Assembly: GCA_018241685.1 (NCBI GenBank) | Contig: JAFEDJ010000019.1 | Coordinates: forward strand, 1,265 to 65,264 | Length of the DNA stretch: 64,000 bases | Direction of reading: 5' to 3' | From: Pseudomonadota bacterium | Lineage (GTDB): Bacteria > Pseudomonadota > Gammaproteobacteria > Burkholderiales > Rhodocyclaceae | Shown here: positions 16,224-29,400 of the stretch, one piece after another | Layout: each line of letters starts with the position of its first letter | Position numbering within the stretch: the stretch's first letter is position 1 | Notes under the pieces: model-generated | Database searches by the model: none | What the model saw: only the letters and a program-made list of their open reading frames with translations | Told to the model about the DNA's origin: nothing | Position numbers and translations under genes: made by a program

Positions 16224-16331
16224 CCTAAACCTCTTCGTTCTGGCACCGTACGTCGGCGCGGTTGAACGTAATATAAGTACACCTGATTTACAGGGGCGTG
16301 ACATTTGCACGCTTATGTTCAAAATAGATTA

Positions 16332-16347
16332 AGCAAATTTTGTTCCG
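16332..16347 (-). promoter_or_regulatory. Putative sigma54 promoter of the kinase/PqqD cluster
   Basis: CGGAACAAAATTTGCT = GG-N10-GC with TTGC; about 110 bp upstream of ATG 16223. Confidence 0.6.
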
Positions 16348-16648
16348 CGAATTTTATAGCATACAGGATGCTGATTCAAAACGAATTTTTATGAGGTGCC
16401 GAAGAGCGTCGGAAAAAAAGGCCGGTTTGTGTAAAAAAAGTCGACGAACTTTGGCGCCAATATCTGCGGGCGTCGGGCCCCTTTGAGTTGATGATCTGCG
16501 CATGCTTCGCATGCTTCCGATGATTCATCCGCCGGTTTGCAACAGACGTCAACGACGTGTGTAGGAGGGAGCGCTCGCGGGTTTTGTTGCTGCCGGCGGG
16601 GTGAAGATGTGTGTTATCCGTCGATGGGGCCGTCGTGCGCGGAGGCGC

Positions 16649-16999
16649 TCACCCTGCCACGGCCGCCGGCGACAGTGCTGTCGCGAGTTGGCCGACCGCA
16701 CTCCAGTCGAGGGCTTGCGGCCCGCCCGGCGTCTCTACCGAAATGCCGTCCGCGCCCACCGGCGCGACGAAGATCGCGTCGCTGGCGATGGGGGACATGA
16801 AGAGTTCGGTCTCGGCGCTCTTGCCGTCCCGCACTGCGACCATCGCGAGGGCGAGGGTGTGGGCCTCGTGGGGCGTGAGGCGCACCGTGAGGGTGCTACC
16901 GACCCTCAGGGTGAGCAGGCGGCCAAGGGCACGATGTGTCGTTTCCGAGACCGAGAACGGGGGTTTGTCGGCTTCCCGACTGCCATGCGTGTCGCTCAT
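16649..16999 (-). CDS. Hypothetical protein, 116 aa
   Basis: ATGA coupling to the upstream gene; GC-rich codon usage. Confidence 0.7.
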   Translation of the reverse strand: MSDTHGSREADKPPFSVSETTHRALGRLLTLRVGSTLTVRLTPHEAHTLALAMVAVRDGKSAETELFMSPIASDAIFVAPVGADGISVETPGGPQALDWSAVGQLATALSPAAVAG

Positions 17000-17487
17000 G
17001 CGCCGTCCCCGTGGGCGAGGAGGGCTGCGATCACCGAGCCGCCGGCACCGTCTTCGGGGTCGAGTTCCTGCAGTTTGGCGAGGGCCTTGGCCGAGGCGTC
17101 CTGGTTGTCGCGGCGCAGCTCGATGAAGGCGACAGCCTTCAGGAACTGCAGCAGGAAGCGGCGCGGTGCGGCCGGGGCGGCGGAGACGTCGGCAAGGCTC
17201 CAGCCGGTCCAGGTGCGCGGCAGGGCGGCTTGGTCGGCAGCCCGGGCGAGGGCCGTGACGGCGGTCTCGAAGGCGGAGTCGAAATCGCGCAGCTTGTTCT
17301 GCAGCTTGAACAGGCAACGGTAGGACGGCAGTACGTCCGGCGCCACCTCGATGGCCGTGCGGAAGAAGGCGCGGGCGCGGGCCGGGTCGCTGGAATGGAT
17401 GGCGACGCCCTGTTGCAGCAGGGCGTTGATGTTGTCGGGTACGTCGCCGAAATCGACGGTGTCCTCGCTGAGGGCGGTAACGCTCAT
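16996..17487 (-). CDS. TPR-like helical hypothetical protein, family recalled from nif-associated loci
   Basis: GGAGAG RBS; TPR-like helices, LKAVAFIELR and DPEDGAGGSVI C-terminus. Confidence 0.65.
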   Translation of the reverse strand: MSVTALSEDTVDFGDVPDNINALLQQGVAIHSSDPARARAFFRTAIEVAPDVLPSYRCLFKLQNKLRDFDSAFETAVTALARAADQAALPRTWTGWSLADVSAAPAAPRRFLLQFLKAVAFIELRRDNQDASAKALAKLQELDPEDGAGGSVIAALLAHGDGA

Positions 17488-17526
17488 TGAACTCTCCGGG
17501 GTTTTCTGTTGTTGTCGGAGAGGTTT

Positions 17527-17542
17527 AGCAATTATGGGGCCA
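17527..17542 (-). promoter_or_regulatory. Putative sigma54 promoter
   Basis: TGGCCCCATAATTGCT = GG-N10-GC with TTGC, 40 bp upstream of ATG 17487. Confidence 0.7.
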
Positions 17543-17562
17543 GCATCGGCGGGCCCCATCCG

Positions 17563-18600
17563 TCAGCGACAGGCGAGGCGGAAGCCGGCCTCGATGGCGG
17601 CGGCGTCGAGGCGCCGGCCGATGATGACGATGGTGGTCTCGCGGGCTTCGCCTGCCTGCCACGGGCGGCCGTAGTCGAAGCCGGTGATGCGGTGGACGCC
17701 CTGAAAGACCAGGCGCCGCTCCTCGCCCCGTACGGCCAGGATGCCCTTGTAGCGCAGCATGTCGTTGCCGCTCTTGAGCAGCAGCTCTTCGACGAAATTG
17801 CCCATCAGGCCCACATCCACGTCGCCGGCGTGATGCAGCACCAGCGAGGCGATATCGTCGTTGTGGCGCACGAAGGGCTGGCGCTCTGCACCACCGCGGC
17901 GTAGGCCGCTGGGCGTGGCGTCGGCGAGGAAGCCCGGGGTGTGCTCCAGCACGTCGGTGAGCACGAAGGCGTCGAGGGTGAACAGCGCGGCGACGGCATC
18001 CGCGTCGGCGGGGACGGTGGTGATCGGCACGCGCAGGTTGATGCGGCGCAGGCGGGCTTCCAGCGCTTCCAGCTCGGCGGGTTCGACGAGTTCGGTCTTG
18101 CTCAGCAGGATGCGGTCGGCGAAGCCGATCTGCGCGGCGGCGACGCGGTTCTCGTCGAGCTGCTTGCCGGCATGGACGGCGTCCACGATGGCGAGGATGC
18201 CGTCCAGCTCGTAACGGTCGCGCACGCCTTCATCGACGAAGAAGGCCTGGGCGACGGGCGCCGGGTCGGCGAGGCCGGTGGTCTCGATGACCAGACGTTC
18301 GAAGTCCAGCTCGCCGCGGTCGCGGCGGTCGGCCAGCGCGGCGAGGGACAGGCTCAGTTCGCCGCGCACGCTGCAGCAGATGCAGCCATTGGCGAGCTCG
18401 ACGACTTCGACGGCCGGCGAACCGGCGATCAGCCCACCGTCGATACCGACGGCGCCGAATTCGTTTTCGAGTACGGCGATCTTCTTGTGGCCGGCCGTGT
18501 TCAGGTAGCGGTTGAGCAGCGTGGTCTTGCCGGCGCCGAGGAAGCCGGTGAGGATGGTGGCGCGGATCGGCGGGCGGGGAATGGCGAGGGGATTGGTCAT
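17563..18600 (-). CDS. yjiA: CobW/COG0523 GTPase (YjiA-like)
   Basis: GFLGAGKTT, ENEFG, GCICC, ETTGLADP and C-terminal RYKG/FQGVH motifs. Confidence 0.92.
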   Translation of the reverse strand: MTNPLAIPRPPIRATILTGFLGAGKTTLLNRYLNTAGHKKIAVLENEFGAVGIDGGLIAGSPAVEVVELANGCICCSVRGELSLSLAALADRRDRGELDFERLVIETTGLADPAPVAQAFFVDEGVRDRYELDGILAIVDAVHAGKQLDENRVAAAQIGFADRILLSKTELVEPAELEALEARLRRINLRVPITTVPADADAVAALFTLDAFVLTDVLEHTPGFLADATPSGLRRGGAERQPFVRHNDDIASLVLHHAGDVDVGLMGNFVEELLLKSGNDMLRYKGILAVRGEERRLVFQGVHRITGFDYGRPWQAGEARETTIVIIGRRLDAAAIEAGFRLACR

Positions 18601-18676
18601 GGTCCGGATTCAATGAAAAATCGGCCGGAAACCCGCCAGAAGCGGGCTTGCCGGCCGAAGAATACGCGTGCCTTGC

Positions 18677-18880
18677 TCAGCAGCAGCGCCCCGGGCGTCC
18701 GTCGGCGCCGCCGTAGCGGGCTTCCTGGCGTTCCCGGAAGAACTCTTCATAGCTCATGATGGGCTTGTCCGGGTGGTTGAGGCGCATGTGCTGCACGTAG
18801 GTATCGTAGTCGGGCATGCCCACCATCAGGCGGGCGGCCTGACCGAGGTACTTGCCTACGCGGGCGAGGTCAGAGAACAC
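18677..18880 (-). CDS. ybdD: CstA-associated YbdD/YjiX (DUF466) protein
   Basis: [14 protein letters not shown]...HPD...[14 protein letters not shown]...RCC; GTG start with AAGGAG. Confidence 0.9.
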   Translation of the reverse strand: MFSDLARVGKYLGQAARLMVGMPDYDTYVQHMRLNHPDKPIMSYEEFFRERQEARYGGADGRPGRCC

Positions 18881-18890
18881 ACTGTGCTCC

Positions 18891-20948
18891 TTACTTGGCC
18901 GGAAGCGGCTCGAAAGGCGTTTCGAGCGTGGTCGGCTTGTTGGCGTTGAGGGCGCGCAGGCAGGCCGGGATGGCATAGACGACGATCGCGACCACCAGCA
19001 GGATGAAGAGGCCGGACATGGTGGCATCCACATAGTTGTTGGTGATGATCTGGTGCATCTGGTCCATGTTCTTCGCCGGCGCCAGGATCTCGCCCTTGTC
19101 GAGCGCAGCCTGGTACTTGTGGGCGTTGGCGAGGAAGCCGATCTTCGGGTTCTCGTGGAACATCTTCTGCCAGCCGGCGGTCAGCGTGCAGGTCAGCAGC
19201 CAGGCTGTGGGCACGATCGTCACCCACGCGAACTGCTGGCGCTTCATCTTGAACAGCACTACGGTGGCGAGGGTCAGCGCGACGCCAGCCAGCATCTGGT
19301 TGGCGATGCCGAACAGCGGCCACAGGGTGTTGATGCCACCTAGCGGGTCGACCACGCCTTGGTACAGGAAGTAGCCCCAGGCCGCCACGCATAGCGCGGT
19401 GGCGACGAGGCTGGCGAAGATGGAGTCCATCTTGCGCATGGACGGCACGAAGGTGCCCATCAGATCCTGCAGCATGAAGCGGCCCGCACGGGTGCCCGCA
19501 TCGACGGCGGTGAGGATGAACAGGGCCTCGAAGAGGATCGCGAAGTGGTACCAGAAAGCCATCATCGCCTTGCCGCCGAGGGCATTGGAGAGGATGTGGG
19601 CCATGCCGACAGCCAGCGTGGGTGCGCCGCCGGCGCGGGAGATGATGGTCTTTTCGCCGACGTCCTGGGCGGTCTGCAGCAGCATGTCGGGGGTCAGTAC
19701 GAAGCCCCATTGGGAGATTGCCTGGGCGGCGCTTTCGGCCGTCTTGCCGATCACCGCGGCCGGGCTGTTCATCGCGAAGTAGACGCCCGGTTCGATGACC
19801 GAGGCGGCGACCAGCGCCATCATGGCGACGAAGGACTCCATCAACATGCCGCCGTAGCCGATGAAGCGGGCGTTCTTCTCGTTGTCGAGCAGTTTGGGGG
19901 TGGTGCCCGACGAGATCAGTGCGTGGAAGCCGGACACGGCGCCGCAGGCGATGGTGATGAAGAGGAAGGGGAACAGGCTGCCGGACCACACCGGGCCGCT
20001 GCCGTCGATGAACTTGGTTAGGGCCGGCATCTGCAGGTTCGGCGCGACGATGGCGATGCCGATGGCCAGGCCGACGATGGTGCCGATCTTCAGGAAGGTG
20101 GACAGGTAGTCCCGCGGCGCCAGCAGCAGCCATACGGGCAGCACGGAGGCGATGAAGCCGTAGCCGACCAGCAGCCAGGTGAGCTGCTTGCCGTCGAAGG
20201 TGAACAGCGGGCCCCACGTTGGGCTGGCAGCGATGTCACCGCCGAAGACAATCGCGGCCATCAGCAGCACGAAGCCGATCAGGGACATTTCACCGATACG
20301 GCCCGGGCGGATGAAGCGGGTATACACGCCCATCAGCAGCGCGATGGGGATGGTGGCGCCGACGGTGAACATGCCCCACGGGGATTCGGCCAGCGCCTTC
20401 ACGACGATCAGCGCCAGCACCGCGAGGATGATGACCATGATCATGAAGGTGCCGAACAGCGCGATCACGCCGGGCACCGGGCCGAGTTCGGTCTTGACCA
20501 GATCGCCGAGGGAGCGGCCATCGCGGCGTGTGGAGATGAAGAGCACCATGAAATCCTGCACAGCCCCGGCGAAGACCACGCCGGCGAGGATCCACAGCAT
20601 GCCCGGCAGATAGCCCATCTGTGCGGCCAGCACGGGGCCGACCAGTGGGCCGGCGCCGGCGATGGCGGCGAAGTGGTGGCCGAACAGCACGTACTTGTCA
20701 GTGGGGACGTAGTCGAGGCCGTCGTTATGGCGGACAGCCGGGGTCATGCGGTTGGGGTCGAGCTCCATCACCTTCTCGGCGATGAACAGGCTGTAGTAGC
20801 GGTAGGCGATGAGATAGGTACACACCGCGGCGATGACCAACCACAGGGCGTTGATGGTCTCGCCGCGGTGCAGGGCTACGGTGCCGAACGCGGCTGCGCC
20901 GAGCACGGCAACGGCCCCCCAGCCGAGGTGACGCTGTATGGATGACAT
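18891..20948 (-). CDS. cstA: Carbon starvation protein A / peptide-pyruvate transporter
   Basis: [28 protein letters not shown] and GGAPTLA motifs; many TM segments; start at MSSIQRH. Confidence 0.95.
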   Translation of the reverse strand: MSSIQRHLGWGAVAVLGAAAFGTVALHRGETINALWLVIAAVCTYLIAYRYYSLFIAEKVMELDPNRMTPAVRHNDGLDYVPTDKYVLFGHHFAAIAGAGPLVGPVLAAQMGYLPGMLWILAGVVFAGAVQDFMVLFISTRRDGRSLGDLVKTELGPVPGVIALFGTFMIMVIILAVLALIVVKALAESPWGMFTVGATIPIALLMGVYTRFIRPGRIGEMSLIGFVLLMAAIVFGGDIAASPTWGPLFTFDGKQLTWLLVGYGFIASVLPVWLLLAPRDYLSTFLKIGTIVGLAIGIAIVAPNLQMPALTKFIDGSGPVWSGSLFPFLFITIACGAVSGFHALISSGTTPKLLDNEKNARFIGYGGMLMESFVAMMALVAASVIEPGVYFAMNSPAAVIGKTAESAAQAISQWGFVLTPDMLLQTAQDVGEKTIISRAGGAPTLAVGMAHILSNALGGKAMMAFWYHFAILFEALFILTAVDAGTRAGRFMLQDLMGTFVPSMRKMDSIFASLVATALCVAAWGYFLYQGVVDPLGGINTLWPLFGIANQMLAGVALTLATVVLFKMKRQQFAWVTIVPTAWLLTCTLTAGWQKMFHENPKIGFLANAHKYQAALDKGEILAPAKNMDQMHQIITNNYVDATMSGLFILLVVAIVVYAIPACLRALNANKPTTLETPFEPLPAK

Positions 20949-21192
20949 GGTTTTCCTCACTGTCTGTTTCGTGGAGACGCACGAACCTTCGCCCGACCAG
21001 TGAGGAGGAAATGGTGCCGTCCCCGGTTGGGCGTGAGCACCGGATCGACCGTGGGGCCGGGAGAAAGCCCGCCAGCGGCCCATTGTGTGTCTTATAACTT
21101 TAGTTGCAATTCGGGCCGCTTGCCCATTCTTTGCATGCGGCCCGGTATGGTCAATCAGGGTTATCACACATTGCGTCTCCCCTTGACGCAGA

Positions 21193-23922
<2,730 letters not shown>

Positions 23923-23948
23923 TCAGCGGAGTCACCTCGGGTGTCGTC

Positions 23949-24560
23949 ATGAATTACCCCAGTTTTTTCGATGAAATTCCCCCGTTGCGGGTGCGCGACC
24001 CGCTGGCTGAATTCCTGGGCGCCGCCGAGGGTGGCCTGATCGAATACCGCTATCTCGACGCGGTGCGGCTGGCCGGGCACTCCTGTCCGACGGTGGCGAG
24101 CGCCTACCGGCTGACTTGCCTGGCGCTGGCGGCCCTCTATGGCGCGGAATTACCCGAGCGCGGCGGTGTGCACGTGAGCTTCCGCGACAGCCGGACGGCG
24201 GGCGTGACCGGTGTGATCGCCAACGTGGTGTCGCTGCTCACCGGGGTGACGGTGGATACCGGCTTCAAGGGCCTCGCGGGGCGTTTCGACCGCCGCGACC
24301 TGCTGGCCTTCGACGCCGAACAGCCTCTCGATCTGCGTTTCCGCCGCGTGGATACCGGTGCGGCTGTCGACGCGATGAGCACGCTGCGCGAGGTGCCGGC
24401 CAATCCGCGCATGATCCCTTTGATGCAGTTGAGCTTGGCCGGCCAGGCCAGCGACGATGAAGTGCAGGAGTTCCGGCAGCTGTGGCAGGACCGCGTCCGG
24501 CGGGTGTTGCTGGACCATGGCGACGACCCCGCGGTGTTCGTCGTCCGCCAAGCCAATTGA
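23949..24560 (+). CDS. FmdE/FwdE-like protein
   Basis: AVRLAGHSCPTVASAY (HxCP metal motif), P.RG.I, GF.GL.G.F.RR. Confidence 0.7.
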   Translation: MNYPSFFDEIPPLRVRDPLAEFLGAAEGGLIEYRYLDAVRLAGHSCPTVASAYRLTCLALAALYGAELPERGGVHVSFRDSRTAGVTGVIANVVSLLTGVTVDTGFKGLAGRFDRRDLLAFDAEQPLDLRFRRVDTGAAVDAMSTLREVPANPRMIPLMQLSLAGQASDDEVQEFRQLWQDRVRRVLLDHGDDPAVFVVRQAN

Positions 24561-24569
24561 ATCCAGGAG

Positions 24570-25118
24570 ATGGTCATGAGCCGCAAGTCAGGTCGACAAC
24601 CCGCTGCCCCTAGCGACGCGGAGCGAAGCTACAGCTCTCCGCCCTGTTACGCCGGCGACTTCCCCGGCCATTTCGGCGAGGAGGTGCCGAGCGCCGAGGC
24701 GCTGCGCATCGAGCGCCTCAATGCGTTGCTGGAAGCCGAGCGCGCCGGCGCCAAGGTGCTGGCCATCCTGCGCGATGAACTGGATGCCCGTGCGCCCTTG
24801 CGCGGCTTGCTGGAGCGCCTGCAGAAGGACGAAGGCAGCAACGCGGTGGTGCTGTACAAGACCATCCAGCGCCTGGGCGGCACGGCGTCCCACGAGACCG
24901 GCGCCTTCGTGCACAAGACCCTGGCCATCGACGGGCTGGACGCTCGCCTGCGCTTCCTGAACAAGGGGCAGGCCTGGGTGGTGCGCAAGATCGATGAAGT
25001 GCTGACCGACATCGACGATCCCGATGCCCGGCGCATGCTGGAGGAGATGCGCCGCTCCCACGTGGACAACATTGCTGTCTGCGAGGCGGCGCTTGGCGAT
25101 CCGCCGATGTCCCTGTGA
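24570..25118 (+). CDS. Ferritin-like (DUF6306-like) protein
   Basis: LLEAERAGA...KDE....FLNKGQAWV...H..NI four-helix pattern. Confidence 0.6.
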   Translation: MVMSRKSGRQPAAPSDAERSYSSPPCYAGDFPGHFGEEVPSAEALRIERLNALLEAERAGAKVLAILRDELDARAPLRGLLERLQKDEGSNAVVLYKTIQRLGGTASHETGAFVHKTLAIDGLDARLRFLNKGQAWVVRKIDEVLTDIDDPDARRMLEEMRRSHVDNIAVCEAALGDPPMSL

Positions 25119-25124
25119 GATGGA

Positions 25125-26426
25125 TCAGGAACTGGGCTCCGCCTCCCGCAGCGTATTACGGCCCGCGCTCTTGGCTGCATACATTGCGACGTCCGCGCGT
25201 TTGAGTATTCCGTCGATGCCGTCGTCCTTGCCGGAGAACAGTGTCAGGCCGATGCTGGGCGTGCTGGTGTAGGAAAGCTCGCCCAGTCGATAGGGGCCGT
25301 TGAGCGCTTGAAGGATCTTGTTGCCGACGGCGCGGGCATTGACGATGGCTTCGTCGAAAGGACCAGACAAGTTTTCCAGCATCACCACGAATTCGTCGCC
25401 TCCGAGGCGCGCGACAGTGTCCTGCTCCCGCACGCAGCCGCGCAGGCGGCTGGCGACCTCGATCAACAACTCGTCGCCCTTGGCGTGGCCGTGGGTGTCG
25501 TTGAGATGCTTGAAACGGTCCATGTCGAGGAACATCAGCGCGCCGAACTGCTTGTTGCGCTGGTTGCGCAGTACTGCCTGCTGCAGGCGCTCGATCAGCA
25601 GGCGTCGATTGGGGAGTTCGGTGAGCACGTCGAAGTAGGCGAGATGATGGATCTCTGCCTCATGGCGCTTGCGTTCGGTGATATTGGCGATGCTGCCGAC
25701 CATTCGGGTCGGCTCGCCGGAGGCGGCCCGTTCGACGATGCGGCCACGGTCGGCCACCCACACGTAGTGTCCGCAGGTATGGCGCAGGCGGTGTTCGCTG
25801 GCGTAGACGCCGTCGCCGGCCAGGCAGGCGCCGAGCACGCGCTGTACCCTGGCGCGGTCGTCCGGATGGATGAGGTTCATGAAGGTATCCACCGGGTGGG
25901 TCAGGAAGGACATGTCCAGGCCCAGGATCCGGCACCAGGATGCGTTGTGATGGACCACGCCGTCAGGCATGCGCCAGTCCCATACTCCTTCGCCGGTGGC
26001 TTCCATCACGTAGCGCAGGCATTCCTCGCTGGCCTTCAGCTCCTGGGACAGGCTGCTGATGCGCAGGATGTTGCGGATGCGCAGCTTGACCAGCTCCACC
26101 TTGAATGGCTTGATGATGTAGTCGGCGACACCGAGGCTGAGCCCTGAGAGTTCCGATTCCAGGTCCGAGAGGGCGGTCACGAAGATGATGGGCGTCTTTG
26201 CCAACGCAGGTTCGGCCTTGAAGCGACGGCAGGTCTCGAAGCCGTCCATGCCCGGCATCATTACGTCGAGCAGGATCAAGTCGGGCGGAGACTCGCGGGC
26301 CATGACCAGGCCTTCCGGCCCCGAACTGGCGATCTGCAGGTCGAATTCCCCGGCCAGGGCCATGCCCAGGGTGTACAAATTGGTGGGCGTATCGTCGATC
26401 GCCAGGATGCGGGGTTTGCCGTTCAT
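25125..26426 (-). CDS. Response regulator-PAS-GGDEF diguanylate cyclase
   Basis: REC (DD, LLDVMMP, KP), PAS (GVWDW, IHPDD), RxxD I-site and GGDEF. Confidence 0.93.
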   Translation of the reverse strand: MNGKPRILAIDDTPTNLYTLGMALAGEFDLQIASSGPEGLVMARESPPDLILLDVMMPGMDGFETCRRFKAEPALAKTPIIFVTALSDLESELSGLSLGVADYIIKPFKVELVKLRIRNILRISSLSQELKASEECLRYVMEATGEGVWDWRMPDGVVHHNASWCRILGLDMSFLTHPVDTFMNLIHPDDRARVQRVLGACLAGDGVYASEHRLRHTCGHYVWVADRGRIVERAASGEPTRMVGSIANITERKRHEAEIHHLAYFDVLTELPNRRLLIERLQQAVLRNQRNKQFGALMFLDMDRFKHLNDTHGHAKGDELLIEVASRLRGCVREQDTVARLGGDEFVVMLENLSGPFDEAIVNARAVGNKILQALNGPYRLGELSYTSTPSIGLTLFSGKDDGIDGILKRADVAMYAAKSAGRNTLREAEPSS

Positions 26427-29400
26427 GATGCTTGTCGTGCGCTTGTTGAAGCCGCGAGGGTTCGTAGCCGTTCCAGGGCCGGGCCGAAGCGGAAACTGGC
26501 CAGCAAGGTACCGATCTCGCTGATTTCGGCGGCAAGATCGGTGCCGCTGACGAGGGCTTGAAGTTCCTTGAAACGGATCAGGGCGTCGAACTTCTGGCCT
26601 GCCAGCAAGGGTTCCAGTTCGCCGACGAGGGCCAGCAGGAGCCCGTTATCCAACGGTGGTGCTGTCGGGCCGGCGCCAGGGGCGCCTCGCAGCCACTTGG
26701 CCAGAACTGTTCGCAGGGTGTCGATGGGCACCGGTTTGGAGAGGAAATCGTTCATGCCGGCGCGGATGCTGCGCTGCAGGTCTTCATCGAAAGCCGAGGC
26801 AGTGAGGGCGATGATCGGCAGCGGCGGTCGGGCGTTGAGGCGCTCCCACGTGCGGATGCGCTCGGTGGCGGTGTAGCCGTCCACGTCCGGCATCTGGCAG
26901 TCCATCAGCACGAGATCCGGTGGCGTGCCGAGGGTGACGGCGTCCACCGCTTCGCGGCCGTCGCAGGCGAGCGTGGCGCTCAGGCCGAGCTTGCCGAGCA
27001 GGGCGGCGATGACCTTGCGTTCGGTGCCGTTGTCGTCCACCACCAGCACCTTGCCGCTCAGGGCGCAGGTGGTCGCGGGCTCGCCGTCGGCAGCGACCTT
27101 GGCATTTTCGGTTCCCAGGCGCTCCGCGCGGATCCGGAACCAGAAGTGGGAGCCTTGTCCGGGAGTGCTGCTGACCCCGACCGTGCCATCCATCAATTCA
27201 GCCAGGCTGCGCACGATGGACAGACCGAGCCCGGAGCCCCCGTATTCGCGGGTCGTGGAGCTGTCGGCTTGGTTGAAGGGCTGGAAGAGTCGGGGCAACT
27301 TGTCTGCGTGAATGCCGATGCCGGTGTCCGACACGGAGAACTCCAGGGTGGAGTGGTTGCCGCCACGCTCCACCTCATGGGCATCGATGTGGATTTCTCC
27401 GCGTGATGTGAACTTGATGGCGTTGCCGATCAGGTTGGACAGCATTTGGCGCAGTCGGTGGGCGTCGATCCGGAAGCATGCCCCGGCCTTGCCATGCCAG
27501 TGTGTTTCGATGACGAGCCCCTTGCGCCACGCGCTCTCTTCGAACAAGGACTTGAGTTCTTGAAGGCACTGGGCGGGATCGACGGGGGCTGGCTCAATGA
27601 GGAGTTTGCCGGCTTCGATCTTGGACAGGTCCAGCATGTCGTTGAGCAGCGTGAGCAGAGTCTGGCCGGCCTTGATGATGATGTGGGCGTATTCCTGGCG
27701 CTGGGGGTCGGTAATGCCCGGGGACAGGAGGATCTGGGCCATGCCGAGAATGCCGTTCATCGGTGTCCGGATTTCGTGGCTCATCGTGGCCAGGAACTGG
27801 CTCTTGGCGAGGCTGGCTGTTTCCGCCGCCTGTCTGGCCCGCACCAGCTCGGTGATGTCCACGCGGAAGCCGACGGTATATCCATTGGCGGTGCGTCGCT
27901 CACGGATCTTCAGCCAGCGGCCGTCGTCGAGTCGCTGTATGACCTCGGAGTTTCCGTCTTGATGCCAGGCCAGGCGCTCGGCCAGCCACGCCTCCTCGCG
28001 TCCCAGCGCATCCGGATAAATGGCGTGCTGCAGGCCGGCGTGCAGGATCTCCTCGAAGCTGCGGCCCACTTCGATGGGAACGGTGCCCCGGTAGATCTGG
28101 CGGTATTCCTCGTTGAAAAAGGCCAGCCGGTCGTCGGTGTCGTAAATCACGAAACCTTCGCCGATGGTATCGATGGCCGAATGGAGTAGCTGCTCGCTCT
28201 CGATGCGCTTGGCCTCCGCTTCCTTGCGCGCGGCAATGTCCATTTGAGTGCCGTACATCATGAGGGGACGTCCGTCCGGCGAGCGGCTGATGACTCGGCC
28301 GCGATTGAGCATCCAGGCCCAGCGGCCCTCCTTGGTGCGGATGCGGGTTTCGTACTCGTATTGATCGATCTTGCCGGCGAAGTGCTGACGCAGGATGTCT
28401 ATGGAGTGGGCGAGGTCATCCGGATGGATGAGCTGTGTCCAGGTGTCAATGGTGAGCGGCTGCAGTTCGTCGAGCCGATAGCCGAGCATCTCGGCCCAGC
28501 GTTCGTTGAATTGCACTTCGCCGCTCTGGATGTTCCATTCCCAGGTTCCGGCCCCGGTACCGTTGAGTACATTGACGAGGCGCTGGCGTTCGTCGCGCAG
28601 GTCTTGCTCGGCCTGTTTGCGGTCGGTGATGTCGCGGGACATCACGATGAAGCGGCACGGCTGGTTTGGCGGCGCCGGCTTACGGGCGACCGAGAGTTCG
28701 AACCAGCGATTGCCGTCGGCGAGCTGGAGCAGAATGACGCGGCCGTAATCGGCGCCGTGCTTGCAGGCCGCGTGCAGTGCATCGCGCAGGGTTGCCGCGG
28801 CGCCTTCGGGGAGAATGTCGAAGGCGCTGCGCCCGAGCAGTTCATTCCTTGGAGCCGCGAGTAGAGCCTCGCGTCTGGCGCGGACATCCAGGTAGATGCC
28901 TTCTTCATCGAGTTCGAACAGCAGGTCGGGAACCGCTTCGAGGGTCGCGGCCAACTGAGCCTGGCTGCGCCGGAGGCGTTGGTTGACCCGAACGGTGTAC
29001 ACCGTCACCGAGCCGGCACAGGCGGTAATGGCCAGGGTCAGTACGAGATAGCGGAGCAGTTCGTTGTAGGTGGTTTTGCCCTTTTCGGGGTCGTAAAGAA
29101 AGCCGTCCAGGGCGTAGTTCTCGGGAAGCAGGCCGATTTCTGAGTAGCTGTCGGCAATGTGTCGCCAGCGCCCTGGGTTCATGTAGCCGATGGTGACCAT
29201 GTCGGCATGGATCAGGGCCTCGGTGCGCTCCGCTTCGTACTGGATCTGCACGCGGGATTCTTGCGGAGCGTATTTTTCGAGGATCAGGTCGATGGTTTCT
29301 GTCGGATGGGCGAGTGCGTGCTCCCATCCGCGCAGGCTGGCTTCGATGAATGCCTTGACCTGTCCCGGATTGGCCCGGAGTTGTTGTTCGGAGGTGAACA

